Below, piece after piece: positions 53,544 to 64,000 of a stretch of 64,000 nt of DNA. Position 1 is the stretch's first letter. Each line of letters starts with the position of its first letter. The notes under the pieces are model-generated. The model made no database searches. It was not told where the DNA came from and was given only the letters and a program-made list of their open reading frames with translations. The stretch is from Peribolospora baueri. Its lineage: Eukaryota. The translations under genes and the position numbers were made by a program. Location of the stretch: assembly GCA_029717555.1 (NCBI GenBank), contig JAMDHS010000028.1:62001-126000 (forward strand). The letters run 5' to 3'.

Positions 53544-56500
53544 ATGGCAGCCGCTCGCTCGCCATCTCCGCTTTCCCTACACCTCTTTTCTTCCCATTCG
53601 CACCGGAACGACTCCCTCGGGCCTGGCGGCGGCGGCGGCGACGCCCTCGGCTCCTCCGCTCCTCCCGCCAACGCTTCCATGACCTCGCTCACCTCCAGCG
53701 CCTCCGGCTCCATCACCACCTCCCGCGCCGGCTCCGTGCCCGCCTCGCCTTCGCCCCGCTCCCCCCTTCCATTGAGAGCGGCCGAGGAGCCGCCGGCGGC
53801 ACGGTCTCATCAGAGGACGACGATGATACTACCTCATTACCATCAGCAATACCCCCACCAGCAACAACAACAACAACAGCAACAGCAACAGCAACGACAA
53901 CAGCACTACCACCACCACCATCAGTCCAATCTATCTTCTAGCGCCTCTGCCGCCGCAAAGCTCGTCGCCAGGCGCTTCTCCACCAGGGCCACCGCCGGCC
54001 TCAGCTTTGTTGTCGCCGGCGCGAGCAGCGGCAGCGGCAGCGGCGACGCCGACCGCACCCCGCGGCCGTCCAAGGCGGCCGACAGAGACAGCAAAACCGG
54101 CCCGCCCGTGCCTCCCAAAAAGCCGGCGTTTCTGCTTGGCAAGAAAAGCAAGGCGGCCAGCGGCGAAGGAGCCAAGATGAACAGAGACAAGGTCGACGCC
54201 AAGGCCAAGGCCAAGAGGGCGAGCTTGGTCGGCAGCGTCGAATCGTCGGAATGGGTTCAGGACGAAGGCGCCTCGTCGTCCTCCTCGTGGGCCTCCAAGG
54301 GCGCCATCGCGTTCGGCAAGAGGAGGCACAGGACCACCCCCCTCGACCCACCTCTGAGGGGCATCGCCGTCGATGGCCCCGGCTCCTCCGCGCTGGACGA
54401 CGTCGGCGGCCGCACCTCCGCCTTGTTCTCTCGGCTCCCCTTTGGCAACACAACCGCCTCTTCCTCCTCTTCCTCCTCCTCCTCCTCCTCCCCATCCCAC
54501 TCCAACAGGCATGTACGCAAGTCCAGCACCGGCCCCATCTTGTGGTCCGTGCGAGGTCCGAGGAGCGAAGACGGCCACGTCGGCAGCACCCACCGCTCCT
54601 CCTCCTCCCTCTCCCACTCCCCCTCTTCCGCCCCCTTTCTCGTTCACAGCGCTTCCGTCGGCAGCGAGCTCAGCGCCGCCGTCAAGAAGAGCTTTGAAAG
54701 CGGCGGCGACGACGGAGGAGGAGGAGGTGGTGGTGGTGGTAGCGGCGGCTGGTCTCGAGGCTCCTCACCGCGCGAAGCGACGTCGTGGGACATGCTCAAT
54801 CCGCCTGCTGGCGCCTCCGTCCCCTCCGCCTATCATCCTCCCGCCCTCCCACCCCGGCTGGTGGGCGCGGACAAGCCGGACTTCCTCGAGACGCTCAATG
54901 GCGCCGATGATGTGTCTTGGCCCGCCGCCGCCTCCGCCGTCGCCACGGCTGGCAGGCAGCCTAGCCCGAGCCAGCGGTCGCTCACGTCCACTTTGGGCCA
55001 CGCCGGCGGACGCAGGCAGCTGCACATGCCACCCCCGGCTCCCGGTCCCCTCCCTCCCCCTCGTCGACACAAGTTTGCCTCCCCATCGGTTTCGTCCTCT
55101 GCTCAGCAGGGCGGCGGCGTCACCGGGCTCTTGTCCGCCGTTCCATCGTCTTGGAGCGGCGCCAGAGGAGCTGCGATCGTTAACAATTTGAACGGGCTGA
55201 AGGACGCGGTGGGGAAGAAGGGCTGGGAGCTCGTCAGAGGTGGCGGGGAGAGGCTCGGATGGAAGAAAGGGGCGAGCGTGGATTGGAGCAACCACCAGTT
55301 CTCCGGCGGCGGCGGCGGCGTGTCTGCCATCAGAGAAGACGAGGTGGGCGGAAGAGGCACCGGCGACTTCCCTGATGGCAGCCTCCATCATCCCCCGTCC
55401 GCCACCATGGGCGACGATTGGACATCTTGGGTCCGCGCCGCCGCGCCCCGCTCTCCTGGGCCGCGGGGACGGAGCGGATCGGCGTCCGCTTCGCTCGCTT
55501 CTCCAGCGTCGGCCTCTGCCTCTCACGGCCACGGTCATCCTTCTCACGGCCAGGTGTACGGCATGGTCAGGAGCCCCGGCGCGGGCTCCGGTCAGGCTTT
55601 TGGCCGTCCTTTGCGCGAAGGCGTGCTCAGGACGCGGTTGCAGGCGCTGGAGTCTCGAAAGGGAAAAGGGAGGACGCCGCTCCCTTCGCCCCGGGCCGGC
55701 GGCGGTACCTCCGGTTGGGAGTCGGACAGCCCCAGAGACGCCCGCACGCCCACGACGCCCGCGGTGGCGGTGAGCAGAACGGCGCCGCCGGAGAGGCTCG
55801 AACTCCGTCTTCTCGGCCACGACCTCGGTCACGGTAGCCTCGGCGTCGGCGCCGATTTCGCCGCTACCACCGCCGCTACCGACACCGACATCACGCCGCC
55901 GCCGACGCCTGCAAAGGACGCCTTGCGGCCACCGCTAAAGAAACCGCGATCGCCGATACCGTCGCCAGGGGGAGGGATGGGAAAGAGAGGAACCTTCGGG
56001 GTAAGCCCCCCTTCTCGACGCCTCCTAACCTCTGAAGAGGCTCGGAGGCGGTACCTTGCCGCCGTGGCGGCGAGGTGCTTGGATCATTTGGATAGGTGGG
56101 CGCCGCTTGAGGAGGGTATTTATCGGGTTAGCGGGTGAGTGGAGGTGCTGCTTCTTTTTTCTTTCTTTCTTTCTTTCTTTTTTCGTCTGTCGACGTGTCG
56201 ACGTCTCCTGACTTTCTTTTTCCCTTTGCTTTTCTTTTCGTCTCGTTTGAAGACGCTCTTCCCATACAGGCCAGCTGCGAGGTATTTTCGACGCGGGGCA
56301 CGATATGGATCTGTTGGATAAGTCGCCGGCGGACTTGGATATTAATAGCGTTGTCTCTGTTTTTGTGAGTCTCCCTTTTTTTCTTATTTCCTCCCCCTTC
56401 TCTTACTTCCTTCAATCCCTCCTGACCGCGGCTTGGCCCCCCGTCAGAAACAATATCTCCGCGAATTGCCCGAGCACTTGCTCACCGTCCAACTCGCCCC

Positions 56501-58038
56501 TTCCTTCGATGCCGTCTGCATGGAGCACCTCGGTCAGAGGGCGACGTCCATCGACGCCCTCGCCTTTGTCGCCGCCACAAAAGCCATCGAGGGCGACGAC
56601 GAGAGCCTGGCCAAGGAGCTTGCCCTGCTTGTCCGACAGTTGCCCGCCGTCAATTTTTACCTCCTCCGCGAGATTGCCGATCACCTCGGTAGACTGGCCG
56701 ACTACGTGGCAACAACAAAAATGCCGCTGAGCAACCTTTGTCTCGTGCTGGGGCCGAGCATGCTCCTCACTGCCACCATGTTCCGCGTCCTCGTCGAGCA
56801 TCGCGCCATCCTCTTCGCCGTCGGGTGCGAGCTCGACACGGAGATCGAGGCCCTCGACGCCCCACCCGTCCCTTCGCCCGCGCCGTCGACTTCCAACCCA
56901 CCTTCGCCGTCACGGATCGCCGTCCGATCCGAGCGGCCCTCCCCATCGCTTCCGCAACCGCAACCGCCGCCGCCGCCACCGCCGCCCAAGGCGAGCCCCG
57001 CTCTCTCCTCTCCCTCTACCGGGTCCGCCGCTTCCTTCGTCTCCGCCGCGCCCTCTTTCTCCCACACCACCTCTACCCCCGCACCGCCGTCGCCTCTTCC
57101 GGCCCGTCGACCGACCGACTCTCCGCCGTCCACAGACTCGGCCGCCGCCCCGTCCTCCTCGCCTTCGTCTGTCATGCACTTCTTCCCAACGATGTCAACG
57201 ACGACGACGACGACCACCACCACCACCACCACCGCCGCCACGGCCGCCGGCGTCGGCGTCGGCTCTGGCGCGGGTTCGTCGACTAGCCAACAAACCTATC
57301 ACCCCATCGCGGCGCTGTATAGCGCAGAGTCGAAGGGGGGCATGCCCGAGTTGGACCTGCGGGGAGGGCAGGACAAGGACAAGGACAAGGATAAGGATAA
57401 GGATAAGGATAAGGAGAAGGGCAAGGAGGAAAAGGCTGCCAATGGGTCGGAGGGAGCGGCCAAGGAGGTTGTCGGCGGTGGGGAACGGCCTGCGCCTGTG
57501 ATTCCCATTCGTCATGTGAGTGCCCGCGACTGTTCGTTCCGTTCCGCGACCGACCGCGCTGACCCGATGGATCGATCTGCCCTTACTCCCTCATCCGTTT
57601 CCTGCCAGCGCTCGAGCTCCTTCTTCAGCTCTTCTGGCGCCAATACGGCAGACAGGCGAAAGGTGTTTGACGAAAAAGTGATGAGCAGCAGTCGGCCATC
57701 GAGCCCGTGTCCTTCCATCTCTGCCTCAGCAGGCGCTGCTGGCACTGGCATGGGCGAGGATGGGCAAGCGGAGGTGGGGCAGGAGCTGGACGTGGACGTG
57801 CACGATGCGGTCGAAGTCGTGCGTACCTCCCTCGCACCTTTCACGCCTACGCGAGTCGACCTGACGCCCTTCTCTTTTCCCGACTCGGCAGATCGGCTCC
57901 CCCCAATCTCATTCCGGTTTCCCTTCGCGTGTGACCGGCTTAGGCTTGGGCGAGACGGTCCAACAGCTATTCTCCCAGCAGCCATCGTCGTCGTCGGCGC
58001 CGCCGTCGCCGTCGCCGTCTGCGTCTTCGTCCAAGTGA
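53544..58038 (+). CDS. Large Rho GTPase-activating protein with long low-complexity (polyQ, polyS, polyG, polyP) flanks
   Basis: RCLDHLDRWAPLEEGIYRVSG (arginine finger), DINSVVSVFKQYLRELPEHLL, LPAVNFYLLREIADHL, TKMPLSNLCLVLGP; 3' exons and stop at 58036-58038 inferred from splice consensus. Confidence 0.85.
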
Positions 58039-58292
58039 CAGACAGCCCTCGTCCCGTCTCTTTCTATCTGTCTGTCCCCTTTGTCTCGCGTGGCCATTCG
58101 TCTTCCATCCCATCACCTTTTCTTTTTTCCCCTCTTTTTCGTAGGTATACAAGCAACTTATGTGACTGATTATCGGTAATTCCAAGCGGCTAGACTGAAC
58201 TGAATCAAAGATCGACCGACCCGGAACTGCGCTGTCAATCGAACGCTCTCCGTCTCTGTCCCTGTCTGTCTGTCTCACGCCTGCGCGGGGAC

Positions 58293-60132
58293 ATGGGAGA
58301 GAGAAAGAGACACGACACGAAGGGCAAACCGGGAGCAAGGCCGAGCCCTCCTTCATTTCCGAGCAGGCCCATCCACGACTTCCTCATGCAAGGCGGCCTG
58401 GCCCGTCGGCGTCTGTAGACCGAAGGTGCGCCCCATCTCCATCTCCATCTTATCTCCATCTGCGAGTGACGAGCGCCTGACGATCTCGTTCCCTCCCTCC
58501 CGCCGTCGTCGCCGTCGTCGTCGTCGTCCATGACATCGACGTGCGGGATGGTATGGTATGTGACGCTGATTGACCGCAGCACAGGAGGATGGCGCGACGA
58601 GTCCGACAAGGACGTCCCAATGCGGCCGCCACCCGCCGCTGGGATCCGCCGGCCCGAGGATTTCGCCCGTTCCCAGCGCGAGTACGGACGCAGACGATCT
58701 CGCCATCGGCATCTGCCAAAGTTTGTCGACGCGAGAGGGCTCAGCACGCACTCCGACCCGGAGACGTTCTTCAGGACGTCCTTCAGCGGCACGCACAGAG
58801 GCCGCTCATCCGGCGTCCTCATCGACGCCTCCCAGATCTGTGCTCAACGTTCGCCTCGAACGCGTCCGCCTTCGGACCATGACGTCGCGCCTCGCGACGA
58901 CCCGCTGCACGACGCGCACTCGCTCGTCAGACCCAAATCCGCTCCGGTGCCGAATCGCACTGGCTCCCTCGCCGTGCCTCTTCAACGCGTTCCCGACGGC
59001 GGCCCTTCTTACTCGTCCAGCTCATCAGAGGGCGCGGGGAAGACCGCGACGGATCCGAGGCTCGCCATCGGGTCCTCTCCACATTACCACTACTACTCTT
59101 CCTCCTCCTTCTCTTCCCCCGTCTCCGCCCTGTCCCTGTCCGACGTCCAGCACGCACGGCACGAGCCCGGTCGGACCCAGCTGACTGTCCGCAAACCTCT
59201 CCGCGTCGGACGCGGTGCCGTATCTCGCCGGCACGTCCGAGTTGGCTTCGTCGACGCTTTCGTCTCACCCCAGTGGCGGCTCGGGAAGGTGCGCCTTGAG
59301 CGGACGCTCGGCCGATAACTCTTCTTCTTCTGGCGGCGGTCTACCCTGCCCGGTCGGGTTTTGTGGACGCTCGTCGGGAAGTCACGGCCGCCGCGGCTCG
59401 TCGCGACACTCGCTCTCCACCGAGGTCATTCACGAGGATGGATCGCGAACACGAGGCGGAGGGAGAGTCGGTGGGCGCGGGAGGGGTAAAGCGCGACAGC
59501 GGCGGAGAGGACAGGTGGCAGAGCCTCTCCGGTCGCGGCGGCTGGAGCTGGCAGCGGAAGATGAGGCTGAGGGAGCGCGAGGACTGGTTGACCGAGCGCG
59601 TGGTTTCCGCTTTGCGCACCAGGCAAGCCAAGGGCGACGAGGGCGGTAGATCGTCAGGCATGCGCAACGGTGTCGGTTTTCAGCTTATCCACCTTGCCGA
59701 GGAAGCGGAATGGGCGGCGGACGACGGTCGCGAAGGCTCGGCGGAAGACCGTCTGTCGGACGAAGCGACCGTGGTTCATTCCACCACCGGCCTCGGTGGC
59801 GTCCACGATGAGCGTCGGAGACGGCTCTGCTCCTCCGTCGCGTTTGCGCATCTCGCTCGACCGTCTCTTGGACAGCTCCGTCGGCCGGACACGCGTTCCG
59901 CTTAAGCTCTGGCGTGAGTGTTGGGTCGTCGTCGTCGTCGTCGTCTCGAGCGGACTATTCAGGCTCGTTCGGCAATCGATCTGAGCTAGCGGGCGGAGAC
60001 GGCTTCTGTACGGAGACGGAAAGGGAGACGGATGAGGAGGAGGAGAAGGACGACGAGGACGACGACCAATCGGTCTACTCGGCCTTTGACGCCGACGCGG
60101 AGGTCGACGTCGAGGCCGGTCGACCAGCGTGA
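58293..60132 (+). CDS. Possible low-complexity hypothetical protein, broken by several frameshifts
   Basis: Protein-like segments (PKFVDARGLSTHSDPETFF, LREREDWLTERVVSAL, acidic tail DDQSVYSAFD) switch frame near 58410, 59210, 59450 and 59810 without intron-sized gaps. Confidence 0.35.
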
Positions 60133-61111
60133 AGAACGGTCGTCGGGCGTCCGCTTTTCTGTATCGTTGCGAGAGATGCGCCATTGCGTGGGCCGGCCGG
60201 CCCGACAGGATGAGGACGAGAACGAGGCCAACCCACTCGCCGTCCGACCGTCCGACCTATCTGTCCAACTGGTTTCTTTTCCTCTCGATCTCCATCTCTC
60301 TCTTCTCGCTCAGGTGTTCCATTCCTCTCATTCTGACGTCTCTCGATCGACCTTGCGCGCATATACCCAATGCAGTTCAAACATACGCACATATACATAC
60401 CCTCGCCTCCCGTTATCGTCGTCGTCGTGGTGCGTCGCATGAGTTCGGTTTCGTCGTCTCGCACCCGTCCCGTCTGCGAGTCCTTTGTCCCTTTGGGCCG
60501 GGCCTCCTTTCGATCGCCGTCTGCTCTTTTCTTTGACCGCCTTATTTTGCGCGACGCGACGGGTCGTGCTGCGACGCAACGCGTGTAGGCGGGGGAGGGC
60601 GGGCGGGGAGGAACGTGAAGAGGAAAGTGAACGTGAGGTGGTGTGGAGGCGGAACGTGAACGCGACTGTGGAACGGAAAGGCGACGGTTCGTTCCGTCTC
60701 GCTCGAGCGTACAACAATCTAAAACCTAAATCTAGTACTCATGTGAACGGGTCGGGGCGATAGGGGGGGAGACGGATAAACGGAGGGCGGACTGGAAGTT
60801 AGAAGGGGATGGAGGGATGGTGGAGGGCGTGCGCGCACGTGCACGTGTCCGACGTGATGTCTGTCGGGACGAGGTCGGGTGGAGCGCACGTGGAGCGAGA
60901 GCGGACGTGCGTGGCAGTGGAGATGAGATGAGATGGTACGTCCCGGGCGGAAGAGAAGGCCCAAGCGAAGCGGCTCGAGGGAGGGAGTTAGGGTGTTAAG
61001 GGAGGGAGTAGGAAGCTTTCTACGTGCTGCGGCGGTTGGTGCTGCTGCTGCGTGCCGCAACGGTCTCCGTGCTCACAGGCAAAGGAGCGAGAAGGAGAAG
61101 GAGGAGGAGCA

Positions 61112-61142
<31 letters not shown>

Positions 61143-62658
61143 AGCGCTCTGTCCTGTTTCGTATCGCCACGCACAATCCCCTCCCGCCTCACCGACACGG
61201 TACGTGCCAGCGGGCCCTGGCCGGCAGCGGGGGCTTGTGAAGGAGAGAGAGGGAGGGAGAAAAGGAGGAGGGAAAGAAGGCAAGGAGGCCAGGCAAGCGA
61301 TGCAGATGGAGATTTTTTTCTCTTTTTTTTCTTTCTTCTTTTTTTTTCTTCCTTTTTCTTCCGCGTCCGAGGCGCAGATCGGCGGCGGCGGCGGCGGCGG
61401 CGTGGTGAGTAAGTGAGATGAGATGGGACGAGGCTGTCGGCCGTATTTTACTTAACTGCCGTACATACATACACATACATACACTAGTCGCATTCGCATG
61501 ACCCATCGGACGTGGACGTGGACGTGGGATGAGATGAGATGAGATGAACAGGCAGACAGACAGATTGGCGCAAGCCACTAGGTGCGGTGCGCCGCCTTGC
61601 TGCACGTATTACATATCTCCATTCATACACACCTATTTACCTACGCGCATGCGACGCTCAGTCGGCGTGCGACGAGACGAGGAGAGCATCGGGTCGAAGC
61701 TTCTTCGTTTCTCCCTAGCGCGCGCGGTTACGAGTCGGGGCGTTGCGTTGAACTGAACTACTCGGTGGTAAAGGACCTGGTGCACTTAGTTCGTCACCAC
61801 CGTCGTGCTCGGGTAGCTAAGCGAAGACGGGTGGAGCCGGAAGAAGGAGAGGGGAGGATGATGAAAGAGGAGACAAACGTGGTGCCTTCTTTCCGCGACG
61901 ACGACGCGAGATGACATGACAGCGAGACGAGACGGTCGGTCGTCGTCGTCCTGAAATTTTTCTTTTTCTTTTCGCATGCCCATCTCAGATGAAAGATGCG
62001 CTTTATCAGGACCCACGAGCTACGGACGGACGGACGGACGGATGCTTGGGTCATTCCGCTTCCGCCGTGATCGTCGCCATCGGGAGATGGGGGTAGAGAT
62101 TGGAAGTGAGACAACGGACACGGGGACGGCGCAACCGCAAGTCCGCGGCGGATTGCTTGGACGGGCCCCCTTGCTGGCTGGCTTGCTGTCTCTTCGCTTC
62201 ATCTAGTTCATTCTGGCGAGACAACTGGACAGACGGCGAGACATTCGTTTCTCCTCGTCCGACCCTACACCCTGACTGACTCGACGGCCCCATCCATCCA
62301 CCTTTCTTCCTTCCTTCCTTCGTTCGCCGACCGGCGGCGCAGCGGGTGGACTGCAAGGTGCGCGGTCGGCGGCTTGTCGATCCGGCGAGGCGATCTAAGA
62401 GGAGTACGGACGGAGGGTGGTTAGGTAGCTTAGTGGGAGCTAGTGTCATCGCTTGCAGAGTAGCGTTTCCTCCTCTGTCTACTTGCCTGCTTGCTTCCTT
62501 ACTTGCTTGCTTCCTTACTTGCTTGCTTGCTTGCTCCCTTTCTTCCTTCCGCTCCACCAGCTGATGCGTCCGTGTGACACAAGGGACGGGCGCGAGCGTG
62601 CCTACTGATCTCGGGACCACGAAGGGCGCGTTGTGCTGTCCCACGCCGGCCGTGCCTA

Positions 62659-62775
62659 CCTATCCTATCCTATCCTATCCTATCCTATCCTATCCTATCC
62701 TGTGCTCGCCTATCCTTGCCTGCCTGCCTGCCTCGCTTGCCTTTGCTTGCCTTTGCTTGCCTTTGCTTGCCTTTG
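62659..62775. repeat. (CCTAT)n and (GCTT/GCCTTT)n simple repeats
   Basis: cctatcctatcc... about 8 copies, followed by gcttgcctttgcttgccttt... Confidence 0.85.
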
Positions 62776-63528
62776 CTCCCCTCTCCACGCACGCCGCGCC
62801 ACGCCATGTCCGTCTGTGCCTATTCATGCCCATGACCGTGACCGTGATCGTGACCGTGACCAGCGTGAGCGTGACCTAACTGACCGCGTCGCGCACGGAA
62901 GACCAAGTCCGACGAGCGAGCGAGCGAGCGATAAGCACCACGTCGCCCGTCACCTCTCGCCTCGATTGGATTCCCGTGCGCACGCGCGCGAGAAAGACGA
63001 AACGAAGCCAAGCCGAGCGCGAACTAGGCCGCCGATAGCCTTGCCGTAGTCAGCTTAGCGCTGCTCGTGGGCGCAATCCAAAGGCAACAAGGGCGAGAGC
63101 GAGCGCGCGACGGCGGACGAGCGGTTAGCGAGCCATTACAAGCGCCCCTCTAATCGTCCCTGCCGCCTTCCCCGTGTCTTCATTTCAATCCCGCCTTGAT
63201 CCTTTTCTTTTACTTTTTTCTTTCCTTTCCTTCCCCCGTCTCACCGTCAGTCAGCAAGCCAGCCAGCCAGCTCAAGCCGAGCCTTGGGTTGGGACCCCCC
63301 ACGCCCAGCCCACGCAGACCAGACCAGACAAGTCCCCGTCACTCACCCTTGCCCTTACCCTCGCCCGCCCGCCCGCCCGCCCGGCTCTTGTCGCCCGCCC
63401 TTTTCCCTTTACGCCCTCGCCCCTCCTCCTTTTTCTCCTCTCAACTTCCACCATCTCTTTTCTCTTCATCTCCCTTCCTCCCGCTCCCCATCCTCGCTCC
63501 CTTCCCATCCCTTCCCTCCCCACCAGCC

Positions 63529-63993
63529 ATGTCCGCTCAAGACACCAAGCCCGTCGAGCCCACTCCCGAGGCCGCCCCCGCTGCTGAGGCCCCCGCTGCC
63601 GAGGCTCCTGTCGCTGAGGCCCCCGCCACCGAGGAGCCCGCGCAGACCGAGGCCGAGGCTGTGACCGAGGCCGCCCCCGCGGACGCTCCCAAGGCCGAGG
63701 AGACCGCCGCCGAAGCCGCCGCCCCCGCCGCTGAGGCTCCCAAGGTCGAGGAGGCCGCTGCCGCCGAGGCCGCCCCCGCCCCCGCCGCCGAGGAGGCCAA
63801 GCCCGCGGAGGAGGCCGCCGCCGCCAAGGACAAGGAGACCAAGGACGAGGCCAAGCCTGAGACTCCCAAGGCTGCCAAGCGCGAGTCCATCTTCAACAAG
63901 CTGAAGACCTTCCTCGGCGACAAGAAGGAGAAGTCGCCCAAGAAGGAGAAGAAGGAGGAGAAGAAGGCGGAGAAGAAGGAAGAGAAGAAGGAG
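63529..63993 (+). CDS. A/E/P/K-rich low-complexity protein, first exon; gene continues beyond the window
   Basis: MSAQDTKPVEPTPEAAPAAEAPAAE...KRESIFNKLKTFLGDKKEK; strong codon bias (GCC, GAG, AAG); GTCAGT donor at 63994. Confidence 0.8.
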
Positions 63994-64000
63994 GTCAGTT

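Noticed and set aside
53900..57990. Long antisense ORFs over the RhoGAP, and similar ones over other genes
   Set aside because: Shadow frames caused by high GC3 of the sense gene
60200..63500. ORFs such as 60933-61412 with polyD and polyF, and a lone TTAGGG
   Set aside because: Products of simple repeats; no codon bias, no domain and no telomeric array

Overview
Gene-dense, intron-rich (GT-AG, CTRAC branch sites), GC-rich fungal DNA, most consistent with a basidiomycete (probably Ustilaginomycotina; inferred from gene content only). All gene models were spliced by eye. Conserved genes: alcohol oxidase 3' end, VPS74/GOLPH3, an X-family DNA polymerase (mu-like), a divergent H2B/H2A pair, a GH5 glycosidase, a type I membrane protein, CCT6, an LDB17/SPIN90-like protein, MCM5, a glycine-rich RRM protein and a large RhoGAP. 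The first 18 kb is the most interesting part and is largely invisible in the ORF track. It holds two ~400-aa secreted class I hydrophobins with identical Cys spacing but unrelated long N-terminal extensions; one carries Kex2-delimited amphipathic peptides (Rep1/Hum3-like). It also holds two secreted expansin-like DPBB proteins. The four genes are arranged mirror-wise around an inverted pair of Ty1/copia gag-protease remnants. A second decayed island (22-28.6 kb) contains pseudogenes, two intronless genes and a copia 3' end whose LTR has non-canonical AGT...ACT termini and sits just upstream of a GNAT gene. Other oddities: a 6-nt micro-exon, a GC-AG intron, an ATG split by an intron (CCT6), and MCB-type elements including a perfect 20-bp palindrome.
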